Assembly: GCA_965205605.1 (NCBI GenBank)
Contig: CBDBHE010000007.1
Location: forward strand, 393,977-457,976
Length of the DNA stretch: 64,000 bases
Direction: 5' to 3'
Source of the DNA: Spirochaetota bacterium
GTDB lineage: Bacteria; Spirochaetota; UBA12135; COTS27; CBDBHE01
Shown here: in pieces, positions 31,014-41,300 of the stretch
How the letters are laid out: each line of letters opens with the position of its first letter
How positions within the stretch are numbered: position 1 is the stretch's first letter
Translations under genes and position numbers: made by a program
The notes under the pieces: generated by a model
What the model was told of the DNA's origin: nothing
Database searches by the model: none
The model's input: only the letters and a program-made list of their open reading frames with translations

Positions 31014-31391
31014 TTATTTTTTAGGAGTCTTTTTATAATTTTTGTTATGATTTTTGTCTTCTTTAGGAAAAACTTCTGAAATAGCCGAACGAAGAATTTC
31101 AATTTGAACTCCTTTAGCAATCTCGATAATTAAAATATTCCCTTCTTCTTTAAATTGACTCACCACTCCATAAACCCCACTACTAAAAAGAACTTTGTCT
31201 CCCTTTTGAACCGTTTTTCTTTTTTTTTCAATTGCTTTTTGACGCCTTAATTGGGGACGAAGCACTACGAAATAAGTAATTAAAATAATGATAACAAGAG
31301 GAAAAAACATACCAGAATCTAATTTTTTTTTAGTCGGTTTGGGGGCTTGACTTGGGACTTGAGTTTGAGCGTGAAGAATCGTTGTTAACAT
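31014..31391 (-). CDS. yajC: Preprotein translocase subunit YajC
   Basis: Single TM followed by LRPQLRRQKAIEKKRKTVQKGDKVLFSSGVYGVVSQF. Upstream of secDF. Confidence 0.8.
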   Translation of the reverse strand: MLTTILHAQTQVPSQAPKPTKKKLDSGMFFPLVIIILITYFVVLRPQLRRQKAIEKKRKTVQKGDKVLFSSGVYGVVSQFKEEGNILIIEIAKGVQIEILRSAISEVFPKEDKNHNKNYKKTPKK

Positions 31392-31556
31392 GGTGATATT
31401 CCTTTGATTAATAATAGTTTAAAACAAACTTGTATGATTTTAGCATCTGAAGAAAAAAAACTAAAGAAAACAAGAGATGTTTTTTCACTTAATTTTAATA
31501 AGAAGTTATAATAACACTTAGAAAAATTTAAATTAAGTTAGAAAAAGGAACTAAGC

Positions 31557-32444
31557 ATGCAAGAATTTTTTATTTCTCTCATCATCATTTTTGCAGGAGT
31601 GATGATTTTATTTATTGGAAGCCTTAAAAAACAAATAAAATCTTCTTACCCTATAGGGGTTGGAGCCTTAGTCTTAGGGGGGCTGCTATTTTTAAAGACA
31701 TGTATCTTTCAAGTCGATGAAGGAGAAGCTCTTGTAAAAACAACATTTAAAAAGATCTCTGGGTCTTTAACCAAACCAGGCGTTAATTTAAAATGGCCAT
31801 GGGAAAGTGTGCATAGTTTTCCAACACGCCTAGAAGCATATACTGATAAAATCCCTGCTCGTAGTAAAGATGGGATGGCTATTGATATTGATCTTACGAT
31901 TCACTATAAAGTAGACAAAAATAATATTGAAATTATTTATCGTGGTATTGCTAAAAGTCTAAAAGACTTAAAAGAAAAAATCATTTACCCTACTTTAAGA
32001 AAAACGATACGGGATTCAATTGCTACTTTAAATGTCAAAGAAGTTTATTCAAAAAGAACTGAGCTTAATGACAAAATCACTGTCGATGCCAGCGAAGAAC
32101 TTAAAAGCAAACACATTGTTATTGATAAAATTTTACTAAGAGATATTAAATTGCCTGAACAAGTCGAAAATGAAATTAGAAAAAAAATTCAATCCCAGCA
32201 ACAAGCTGAAGCGATGGAATATAAAAAAAAAGTTTCCCAACAACAAGCTGAAATTAAAGCCATTGAAGCTAGAGGAATCGCAGAAGCTCAAAAAATTATT
32301 AACCGTACTCTCACCCCTCTTTATCTCCAACACGAGGCAATCGAAGCATATAAAAAATTAGCTGAAGGTTCTAATTCAACGTTTATTATCATCCCAACAA
32401 ACCCAAAAGGAACTGGTATTCCTTTGATATTAAACTCAAAGTAA
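31557..32444 (+). CDS. SPFH/band-7 (prohibitin/HflKC-like) membrane protein
   Basis: N-terminal TM, SPFH core (VDEGEALVKTTFKKISGSL...MAIDIDLTIHYKV), C-terminal coiled-coil Q/A-rich region. Confidence 0.8.
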   Translation: MQEFFISLIIIFAGVMILFIGSLKKQIKSSYPIGVGALVLGGLLFLKTCIFQVDEGEALVKTTFKKISGSLTKPGVNLKWPWESVHSFPTRLEAYTDKIPARSKDGMAIDIDLTIHYKVDKNNIEIIYRGIAKSLKDLKEKIIYPTLRKTIRDSIATLNVKEVYSKRTELNDKITVDASEELKSKHIVIDKILLRDIKLPEQVENEIRKKIQSQQQAEAMEYKKKVSQQQAEIKAIEARGIAEAQKIINRTLTPLYLQHEAIEAYKKLAEGSNSTFIIIPTNPKGTGIPLILNSK

Positions 32445-32534
32445 AAAATAAAAAAATTATTTTTTAAAGCTAAAAATTTGTCATAATTTAACTAAAGACA
32501 AAGAAATCATTTGTTTTAGTTTAAAAAGATAAAA

Positions 32535-34199
32535 TTGATGAAAAAAAAAAGCTATACCGCTATCATTATTAGCCCTTTACTAAAAAAAAATCCTTTGAGC
32601 GAGTTTCACAAACAAAAAGAACTCACTCTCGTACACCAAAAACCTCTCATTGATTGGGTGATTAGAGCTTTTCAAGGATGTGATTTTATTAAAAAAATCA
32701 TTGTTATTGCCAAAAAAGAAGTTGAAAAAACATTAGATTTTAGACATGTTAGTTTTAGAACTTATCTTGAAAATGATTTGTTTATCTCTGTTAATTTAAG
32801 AAATTTAAAAAAAACCATCGGGCAAGTCATAAGAGAATCTAGCCCGACTCATCCTTGTTTACTCACTTATAGTGATGCCATTTGGTTAAAGCCTACTATT
32901 TTAACAAACTACATCCAAACCATCGAATCTATAGAAGATTTTCAAGAAGATTTTTTAACGACTTTTATGAGCCCTTCAAATATTAAAACTAATATTCCCT
33001 CGAAAAAAGGTGGCTATTTACTTTATCTAAAAAACCCTAAGGTATTACTTTCGATAATCAATCATTTAAAAACCAATCAAAAAGCAGCTGATTTTTTTAC
33101 AGAGCCTTTAAAAGAAATTCATTCCCTTGTAAAGCAAAATCAAAAAAATTTCTCTACCAAAGCAATCCAAATAAAAGAAACCAATTTATTTAAAAGAGTT
33201 TGTGATCAAGAGATGCTAAAAAAAGCTCACGAAGAGCTTACTCCCCCTTGGAAAAAAGGCAAAAAAGTGATGGTGGTTTATAATCCAAATGCTGGAATAG
33301 GCCCTAAGATTCCCCTTATTTTAAGTAAAATTTTAGGGATTAAGCAAATTAATAAAAATGATAAAAAAAATACAGTCGAGCTTATCAAACAAATTAAACA
33401 CTATCTAAGTGAGTATGGGTTAAAAACAGAAGTGAAAAAAACATTAAGACCCAAACATGCCATTAGTATCGCTAAACAATGTGTGAAGGAAAAGTATGAT
33501 GTTGTGGTAGCAGTAGGCGGAGATGGCTCGATTAATGAGGTGGTCAATGGGATTGCAAAAAGCAATGTTGCTTTAGGGGTCATTCCACAGGGAACGGCGA
33601 ATGTGTTTTCTATTGAAATGAATTTACCAACCAATATTAAATCAGCTTGTCAAATCATTGCAGAAGGGAAAATAAAAAAAATTGATCTTGGGATTTTAAA
33701 AAATCGCTATTTTGTTTCGATAGCAGGTATTGGGTTTGATGCCTATGTTGCCAAGCGAGTTGATTCTAAACTAAAAAGAGCGTTTGGAGTTTTGGCCTAT
33801 ATTTTAATTATTTTTAGAGAATTTTTTCGTTATCCTTTTAAGCAGATTCGAGTCAAAATTGATAATCAACCTATTATTAGGAGAGGGTTTTTTGTTTTTA
33901 TTGGTAATGGAAAATACTATGGAGGAGATCTTTTGATGACCCCTAAGGCTAAAATAAATGATGGTTATTTAGATGTTTGTATTTTAAAAGCAAAGGGTCT
34001 TTTTTCATTTTTACGGTTTCTTTGGGGGCTTAAAAGAGGGAAAATCCAAAAAAATGTCGATGTAGAATATTTTCAATTCAAAAAACTTGAAATTGTTAAA
34101 AGAAAAAAAAATCATTTAGCGCATATTGATTCAGAAGTCTCTGCTTGGACGCCACTTAAAATTAGAGTCGTCCCTGGGGGACTAAAAGTCATTTGTTAG
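32535..34199 (+). CDS. Two-domain protein: N-terminal domain of about 240 aa (unknown, possibly nucleotidyltransferase-like) fused to a C-terminal DAGK_cat (YegS/BmrU-type) lipid kinase
   Basis: C-terminal half carries VMVVYNPNAG...VVVAVGGDGSINEVVNGIA...VIPQGTANVF, the diagnostic DAGK catalytic motifs. N-terminal half (TAIIISPLL...QKPLIDWVIRAF...LLTYSDAIWLKP) only loosely resembles IspD/MobA-like folds. Confidence 0.7.
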   Translation: MMKKKSYTAIIISPLLKKNPLSEFHKQKELTLVHQKPLIDWVIRAFQGCDFIKKIIVIAKKEVEKTLDFRHVSFRTYLENDLFISVNLRNLKKTIGQVIRESSPTHPCLLTYSDAIWLKPTILTNYIQTIESIEDFQEDFLTTFMSPSNIKTNIPSKKGGYLLYLKNPKVLLSIINHLKTNQKAADFFTEPLKEIHSLVKQNQKNFSTKAIQIKETNLFKRVCDQEMLKKAHEELTPPWKKGKKVMVVYNPNAGIGPKIPLILSKILGIKQINKNDKKNTVELIKQIKHYLSEYGLKTEVKKTLRPKHAISIAKQCVKEKYDVVVAVGGDGSINEVVNGIAKSNVALGVIPQGTANVFSIEMNLPTNIKSACQIIAEGKIKKIDLGILKNRYFVSIAGIGFDAYVAKRVDSKLKRAFGVLAYILIIFREFFRYPFKQIRVKIDNQPIIRRGFFVFIGNGKYYGGDLLMTPKAKINDGYLDVCILKAKGLFSFLRFLWGLKRGKIQKNVDVEYFQFKKLEIVKRKKNHLAHIDSEVSAWTPLKIRVVPGGLKVIC

Positions 34200-34219
34200 C
34201 TTAATTTTTATTTAAAATT

Positions 34220-34693
34220 TTATTTCTTATCAAAAAAAGTGACGACTTGATCAATACAGTTTTCTTCTTTATAAGAAAATTTTGCAGAAAAAAAACGATT
34301 TTCTTCTATCCACTTGAGGAAGAATCGATCAGAAGGCCATAAATTAAGAGCTTGTAAATTCTCATTCTCAATCCATTTTAAATTTCCTTCTTGACAATTT
34401 TTTATCATCGTGCCTTCAAATTGATTTGAGGTATAAACAAACACATACCAATCTTCTTGTTGGTGATCAAAAAAAGGGAATGTCAAAATGCCTTTTAAAT
34501 CAAATTGTATTAATTGATACCCCGATTCTTCAAAAACTTCTCTTTTAAGAGCGTCTTCAGGACTTTCTCCTTTTTCAAATTTTCCTCCAATCCCATTCCA
34601 TTTATTCTTATGGAGATCATTTTTCTTTTTAACACGATGTATCATCAATGTTTTGCCATTTTGCTTTAAATAACAAAGAACGGCTAGTTTCAT
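34220..34693 (-). CDS. NUDIX hydrolase (MutT-like)
   Basis: Nudix box GGKFEKGESPEDALKREVFEESGY. Confidence 0.85.
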   Translation of the reverse strand: MKLAVLCYLKQNGKTLMIHRVKKKNDLHKNKWNGIGGKFEKGESPEDALKREVFEESGYQLIQFDLKGILTFPFFDHQQEDWYVFVYTSNQFEGTMIKNCQEGNLKWIENENLQALNLWPSDRFFLKWIEENRFFSAKFSYKEENCIDQVVTFFDKK

Positions 34694-34697
34694 CTTT

Positions 34698-35570
34698 TTA
34701 AACCCATTTTTTAGGCTGATAATAAGCGTTCATGGTTTCTTCAAAAGAGTCTTTTTTAATTTGTCGATCATAAGGAAACGTAACCGTTGTGGGCAAAGAC
34801 ATTAAAATAGATTCAGTTTTTCCACCTGCTTTAAGGCCAAAAGCTGTCCCCCTGTCATAGAGCAAATTAAATTCAACATACCGCCCTCGCCTCCATAGTT
34901 GAAATTCTTTTTCAGCCAAGCTACTGGTTTCATTTTTTCTAAGAGAGATAATTTTAAGATAAAAAGGGAGCAAAGCATCCCCTACATTTTTAACAAGCTC
35001 AAAGGCTTTTTCATCTTTTAAATGATCAAAAAAAATCCCCCCAATGCCTCTCATTTCACCTCGATGAGGAAGGGTAAAATAACGATCACATTCTGCCTTA
35101 AAAGCTTCATAACAATCTAAATGCGTTTTTAAAACAGCTTGTTTCATGCTTTTATGAAATAAAATAAAATCTGCTTCGTGAGGATAATAAGGCGTAAGAT
35201 CAACACCACCCCCAAACCAAAAAGTATTTTTAGTTTCAAAATAACGCACGTTCATATGAATAGTGGGAATTTTAGGGGAAGAAGGGTGAAAAATTAAAGA
35301 TAGCCCACAAGCAGAAAAAGGTTCTTTTCTTACTTTAAGTAAAGTAGCCACCTCACCTGACATCATAGAACTAACCGAAGAAACTCCTATCCCTGCTTTT
35401 TCAAAAATATCGCTGTCTAAAAGAATCGTTGTTAGTCCCTTTCCTATCTCAGGGTTAGACCAAGGGGCTTGATGAAACTTTTTACTATCGATCTTTTCTA
35501 AAGCAGCGTACATCTTCTTTTGAAGGGAAGAAATATACAAAAACATAGACTCAAATTGTTTGGAAGGCAC
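34698..35570 (-). CDS. hemF: Oxygen-dependent coproporphyrinogen III oxidase
   Basis: FWFGGGVDLTPYYP, RGIGGIFFD: HemF signature motifs. 290 aa. Confidence 0.85.
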   Translation of the reverse strand: MPSKQFESMFLYISSLQKKMYAALEKIDSKKFHQAPWSNPEIGKGLTTILLDSDIFEKAGIGVSSVSSMMSGEVATLLKVRKEPFSACGLSLIFHPSSPKIPTIHMNVRYFETKNTFWFGGGVDLTPYYPHEADFILFHKSMKQAVLKTHLDCYEAFKAECDRYFTLPHRGEMRGIGGIFFDHLKDEKAFELVKNVGDALLPFYLKIISLRKNETSSLAEKEFQLWRRGRYVEFNLLYDRGTAFGLKAGGKTESILMSLPTTVTFPYDRQIKKDSFEETMNAYYQPKKWV

Positions 35571-35695
35571 TACTTTTTTTAAAAAAAGAGATTTTTAAGA
35601 GATTTTTATATGCATTCTAAAATTAAAAAAAAAAAATTGATAGCCTAGAAAAAGAAAATTTTGACATCAAAAAAAGCGTACGATACAATTTAAGT

Positions 35696-36577
35696 GTGTT
35701 GAATGAAAAAAACAGTGCCAAATCACTAACGTCTTTAATGAATCAAATTGTTAAAAAAATTCCCTTTGATTTTCCAGAAAGCGAATCTTACTTAAACAAA
35801 GACGAGCACATTCACTCCAATATTCTTTTTTCTATTACTCCTCCACTACCAATTTCAAATCAAAAAAAAAAGATTTTAAGCACCATCATTGAGCTCACCA
35901 ACACCACCCTTAATATTCACAGTGATATTCTAAACCCCTATAAGCATTTGAATAAAAACAACCATTTTGAAGAAAAAAACAAACAAAGGATTTTAGCTGG
36001 CGATTATTATTTTTCTCATGCCTTGAGTTTAATTCCAGAAATTGAAAATCAAAAAGTTGAAATTTTTATTTATCAACAAATTCAAAAAGCTTGTCTTGGC
36101 AGGCTTCATGTCGAATCTAAAACCAACCCTCAAATGCCAAAAAATATTAGAGAATACAAAAAAATCATTTTATCTAAAATAGATCCTTTATTTTTATGTT
36201 GTTTTACGATTCCCTTTATGCTAGGCAATCATTCAAAAAAAACATTGTCGATTTTAAAAGAAATTTCTAAAAAATTTTCACTCCTTTATCAATTTACTCA
36301 AGATTACAAAGAACTTTCTAAAAAAAATGGAACTAGTTCAAAAAAAAATAGCCTATGGTCTCATCTTTGGGAAAAAGAAATTAAAAAAAAGTTAGTTGAT
36401 TTATCAAAAAAAACAAATGGCAATCTTGAAAAAGAAACCATCCATTTTATAAAAAAAACTCTCTGTGAAAAGATGGAAACTTTAAAGAAAAAATATTTTT
36501 ATCAAAAAAAAAATTATTTTCAAATGGATCAATTATTTTATAGTTTGCCTAAAATTGAATATTTTTCAAACCTCTAA
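35696..36577 (+). CDS. Polyprenyl-synthetase-like protein with degenerate Asp-rich motifs (possible non-catalytic subunit)
   Basis: LNIHSDIL (instead of LIHDDL), RILAGDYYFSHALSL (matches AILAGD.L..A), LLYQFTQDYKEL (instead of FQIQDDILD). Confidence 0.45.
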   Translation: MLNEKNSAKSLTSLMNQIVKKIPFDFPESESYLNKDEHIHSNILFSITPPLPISNQKKKILSTIIELTNTTLNIHSDILNPYKHLNKNNHFEEKNKQRILAGDYYFSHALSLIPEIENQKVEIFIYQQIQKACLGRLHVESKTNPQMPKNIREYKKIILSKIDPLFLCCFTIPFMLGNHSKKTLSILKEISKKFSLLYQFTQDYKELSKKNGTSSKKNSLWSHLWEKEIKKKLVDLSKKTNGNLEKETIHFIKKTLCEKMETLKKKYFYQKKNYFQMDQLFYSLPKIEYFSNL

Positions 36578-36883
36578 AACATCCCTCATCCACTTTAAAT
36601 AAAAACGACTACCCCCTTTAATAGACCAAAAAACAATACAAGGGTTTTCATAAGGGTGATATTCTTTGAGTTTTTTTACAAGGTGTTTTTTTTTAATCAT
36701 CATTGTTTTGCCAATGACTAATGTTTCTTTTTCACAAACGATTTTCTGATCCCAAAAATAAAGAGAATCAGCGGTAGGGATTAAATTAGCACAAGCAATT
36801 AACTTTTGTTCTAATAATTTAAAAATAACTTGTTTTGCTTTAGGTTTAGAAGGGAAAGTGGTGTAAAAAGTAAGGTACTTCAT
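36566..36883 (-). CDS. cutA: Divalent-cation tolerance protein CutA
   Basis: About 105 aa with the CutA1 signature (..ACANL....S.Y.W...I..E.E..L..KT....). Confidence 0.75.
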   Translation of the reverse strand: MKYLTFYTTFPSKPKAKQVIFKLLEQKLIACANLIPTADSLYFWDQKIVCEKETLVIGKTMMIKKKHLVKKLKEYHPYENPCIVFWSIKGGSRFYLKWMRDVLEV

Positions 36884-38382
36884 TAAAGCGGTGTTTTAAG
36901 AGAATCGCCTTTAGCATTAATTTTACAAACATGTTGATGGTTTTTATTCAAATACAAATCGACATAACGAGCACATTCTCTTCCTTCAAGGATTGCCCAA
37001 ACAACCAAAGACTGACCCCTTCTAGCATCCCCACAAGCAAAAACACCTTTCTGATTGGTTTGATAAGAATTTTCTTTGGCATCGATATTACCTTTAGAGC
37101 TTTTTTTTAAATCTAGCTCTTTTAAAACATCTCCATGATTAGGGTGCAAAAACCCCATTGCCAAAAAAATAAGATCTGCTTTTACAATAAAATCTGTATT
37201 GGGTATTTCTTCAAATCCTATTGGAATGCCTTTTGAAAATTGATTCCATTTAAGGCGCACACATTTAAGACCTTCCAAGTTTCCTTTGGCATTACTGATA
37301 AACTCTTTTGTCAAAAGACCAAATTCTCTTTGGCAGCCTTCTTCTTGAGAAGAGGAAGTCCTAAAGATTCGATCATAAAGAGGCCAAGGCATGGAGAGGT
37401 CTCTTGAAAAAGGAGGTTTATCCATAAGCTCGATTTGAGTCACTTTTTTGGCTTGCTGGCGAATGGAAGTCCCAACACAATCAGAGCCTGTATCGCCTCC
37501 CCCTAAAACTACAACATGCTTTCCTCGTGCACTAATGAATGAATCCCCAAGATTATCTCCTGCTACTTTTTTATTATTAGCGATGAGAAAATCCATTGCA
37601 AAATAAACCCCATGACTCTGGCGACCTTTAATAGGAAGATTTCTTGGGGTTTGGGAGCCTATAGCAATAACAATAGCATCGTATTGTTTAGTAAGTTGAT
37701 TTTTACTAATATCTCTTCCAACTAAAACAGAAGTTTTAAAAACAATGCCTTCTTGTTGTAAAAGATTAATACGTCTATCAAGAATATTTTTTTCTAGTTT
37801 AAAGTCAGGAATCCCATAACGAAGAAGCCCACCGATACGATCTGATTTTTCGTAAACGGTGACATGGTGACCTGCTTTATTAAGTTGATCGGCACACGCA
37901 AGCCCTGCAGGCCCTGATCCAACAATGACAATTTTTTTACCAGTCCTTTTAAGGACTTTTTTAGGTTTTACTTTACCATCTAAAAAAGCTCTTTCTGCAA
38001 TGGCGTGTTCAATAACTTTAATGGCAACAGGTGGCTTATTAATCCCTAAAACACATGCTGATTCACATGGGGCAGGGCAAATGCGACCCGTTACTTCAGG
38101 AAAATTATTCGTACTACTAAGAGAATAATAAGCTTGTTCCCATTGATTTTTATAAGTAAAATGATTCCAATCAGGGATAATATTACCAAGAGGACAGCCT
38201 TGATGACAAAAAGGCACTCCGCAATCCATGCATCGAGCTCCTTGGTTTTGTAGCTCATCTTCTTTTAAAGGAACAAGAAATTCTTTATAATGAGTTTTTC
38301 TTTTTTCAATGGCCTGATAAGCATTAACTTTTCTTTCATATTCTTTAAATCCAGTTAACTTACCCATGGTGAAATCCTTCAA
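36883..38382 (-). CDS. gltD: Glutamate synthase (NADPH) small subunit
   Basis: N-terminal 4Fe-4S Cys cluster (CMDCGVPFCHQGCPLGN), FAD/NAD Rossmann motifs IVGSGPAGLACA and VLGGGDTGSDCVGT. Confidence 0.9.
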   Translation of the reverse strand: MKDFTMGKLTGFKEYERKVNAYQAIEKRKTHYKEFLVPLKEDELQNQGARCMDCGVPFCHQGCPLGNIIPDWNHFTYKNQWEQAYYSLSSTNNFPEVTGRICPAPCESACVLGINKPPVAIKVIEHAIAERAFLDGKVKPKKVLKRTGKKIVIVGSGPAGLACADQLNKAGHHVTVYEKSDRIGGLLRYGIPDFKLEKNILDRRINLLQQEGIVFKTSVLVGRDISKNQLTKQYDAIVIAIGSQTPRNLPIKGRQSHGVYFAMDFLIANNKKVAGDNLGDSFISARGKHVVVLGGGDTGSDCVGTSIRQQAKKVTQIELMDKPPFSRDLSMPWPLYDRIFRTSSSQEEGCQREFGLLTKEFISNAKGNLEGLKCVRLKWNQFSKGIPIGFEEIPNTDFIVKADLIFLAMGFLHPNHGDVLKELDLKKSSKGNIDAKENSYQTNQKGVFACGDARRGQSLVVWAILEGRECARYVDLYLNKNHQHVCKINAKGDSLKTPL

Positions 38383-38390
38383 AAAATAAA

Positions 38391-41300
38391 TTAAGCACTT
38401 TTTTTTTCCTTAAATGCTAAAAGGACTCTTTTATAATCTTTTGGGATTACTTTTAAAAATTGATGAGAAAGTGTTTGCCAATCTTTTAAAACCTTCTCTG
38501 CTTGAATACTATGGACTAATTGATGATAAGTTTCAATTTCTTCTTTTAAATAATCAATATCTTCTTTAGAAAGAGGATCTAAATCAATCATTTCTAAATT
38601 AATATTTTGTTGATATTTTTTTTTCCCTTCAAAAATATAAGCAATGCCTCCACTCATACCAGCAGCAAAGTTTCTGCCAATAGCCCCTAAAATAATGACT
38701 CGCCCACCTGTCATATATTCACATCCATGCTCTCCGATTGATTCGACGACAACCTTAGCTCCAGAATTTCTCACACAAAATCTCTCTCCGGCAAGTCCCC
38801 CTATATACGCTTTACCTGAAGTCGCTCCATAAAAAGCAACATTACCCATAATCACATTTTCATGAGCGATGAGTTTTGATTTTTTAGGGTGATACAAAAT
38901 CAACTTTGCCCCACAAAGACCTTTTGCAAAATAATCATTCACATCTCCTTCAATCTCAAATGTTAGTCCTTTGGCACCAAAAGCAGCGAAGCTTTGTCCA
39001 ACCGAACCTTTTATTTTAAGAGAAATATGGTCTTCAGGTAGGCCTTTTTCTCCAAAACGCCTAGAAATTTCAGAAGATAAAATCGTCCCAAACGCCCTAT
39101 TTTTATTGGTCATAGAAAGGTTTTCTCGATATGGTTTTTTTTCATCTAAATGGATTTTCATCCTAGAAAGGATTTGATAATCCAAAGAGTTTTTAAGAAT
39201 ATTCTCTTGTCCTCTACAACAAAATTGCTGATTGATTTTTATACCTTCGCCCATATGATAAAGCAAGCGATTTAAATCGATCGTTTTGGCTTTAGAGTGG
39301 GTAATCTTGTCTTTCATTTTAAGCTTATCGGTCCTACCAATCATTTCATCAACGGTTTTAAAGCCAAGCTTAGCCATGATTTCTCTTACTTCCTTGGCAA
39401 TAAAATGAAACAAATTAACAACGTGATCAGCTTGACCGGTAAAAAGTTTTCTAAGATCTTTATCTTGGGTAGCCACCCCCACCGGGCATGTGTTGAGATG
39501 GCACTTTCGCATCATAATACACCCCATAGCCACCAAAGCGGCTGTAGCCACCCCCCATTCTTCAGCTCCCAACAAAGCAGCTATCACCACATCACGACCC
39601 GTTTTAATTTGCCCATCTGTTTGGACAACAATGCGATCTCGCAGTTTATTTCTCAGTAACACTTGGTGGGTCTCAGCGAGGCCTAGTTCCCAAGGAAGAC
39701 CTGCATGCTTAATGGAAGTCAGTGGTGAAGCTCCCGTCCCTCCGTCATAACCTGCAATCACCACCAAGTCAGCATACGCTTTAGCCACCCCAGAAGCAAT
39801 CGTACCAACACCGACTTCAGAAACCAACTTGACACTCACTCGAGCTCTATCATTAGAATTTTTAAGATCAAAAATAAGCTGTGCTAAATCTTCAATGGAG
39901 TAAATATCATGGTGAGGGGGAGGAGAAATAAGACCAACTCCTGGAGTAGAACAACGGACTCTAGCTATCGTTGTGTCTACTTTATGACCTGGTAATTGGC
40001 CCCCTTCACCTGGTTTGGCCCCTTGAGCAATTTTAATTTGAATTTCTTTGGCATGAACTAAATAGTTAGAAGTGACCCCAAAACGACCTGAGGCCACTTG
40101 TTTAATCGCCGAGCATAAATCATCTCCATTGCCTTGAGGCTTAAAACGAATCGGATCTTCACCTCCTTCTCCAGTATTACTCTTACCCCCAATACGGTTC
40201 ATCGCAATGGCAAGCGTCGTGTGAGCTTCCCAAGAAATCGAACCAAAAGACATCGCTCCTGTAGCAAAACGTTTGGTAATGGCTTCAATAGATTCTACGT
40301 CTTCAAGCGAAATAGGGTTTTGATTTTTAAAATCCAAAAGACCTCTAATAGTTGTTGGAAAATCTTTTTGTTGATTAATAATATCTGCATATTCTTGATA
40401 CACACTATAATCATTAAGCCTACAAGCATGCTGAAGCTTATGAATGGTCGTCGGATTAAAAAGATGCCTTTCTCCCCTATGCCTCCAAGCATACTGACCT
40501 CCTGGATCAAAATCATTGACTTCTGTTGTTTCTTCTTTTACAAATCCATAGGCTTCTTGGTGTTTTTTATACGCTTCTTCCTCTAAAAGTTCAAAGCCAA
40601 TTCCCCCAATCCTAGAAACAGTCCCTGGAAAACATTCATTGATAAAGGCTTCATTTAAACCAACCGCTTCAAAAATTTGAGCCCCCCTGTATGAACGTAA
40701 TGTCGAAATCCCCATCTTAGACATAACTTTTAAGATTCCTTTTTCAACAGCTTTGATGTAATTTTTTATGAGAGCACTTGTCTGCATTTCTTTTTCAACA
40801 AGCCCCTCATTAATAAGCCCCTGCACACTAGCAAAAACTAAATAAGGGTTAACCGCACTGGCTCCATACGCAAGTAAAAGCATAAAATGATGGATTTCTC
40901 TTACTTCTGCTGTTTGCAAAACAATATCCGCAAAAGCTCGCCTCCCTAAGGGAATCAAATGATGATGCACCACCGAAGTCGCTAGCAAACAAGGAATGGG
41001 AATCTGGTTTTCATTTGGAAACTGATCACTTAAAATCAAAAGACAGTAATCATCTTTTACAGCTTGCTGGGCTTGTTGTTTTAAATCTTCAATCGCTTTT
41101 TTAAGACCTGTTTTTTTATCAAAAAAAAGAGATAAAGTTTTAGATCGAAATTTTTTTTGAGTTAAAGTTTTTAATTTTAAAAAAGCATCATTACTTAAAA
41201 CAGGGCTTTCAAGTTCTATTAAAAGATTAGTTTCAAGCTTATTAGATAAAATATTTCTTTTAGAGCCTAAAATCACCCCTAGATTCATAACTCGTTTTTC

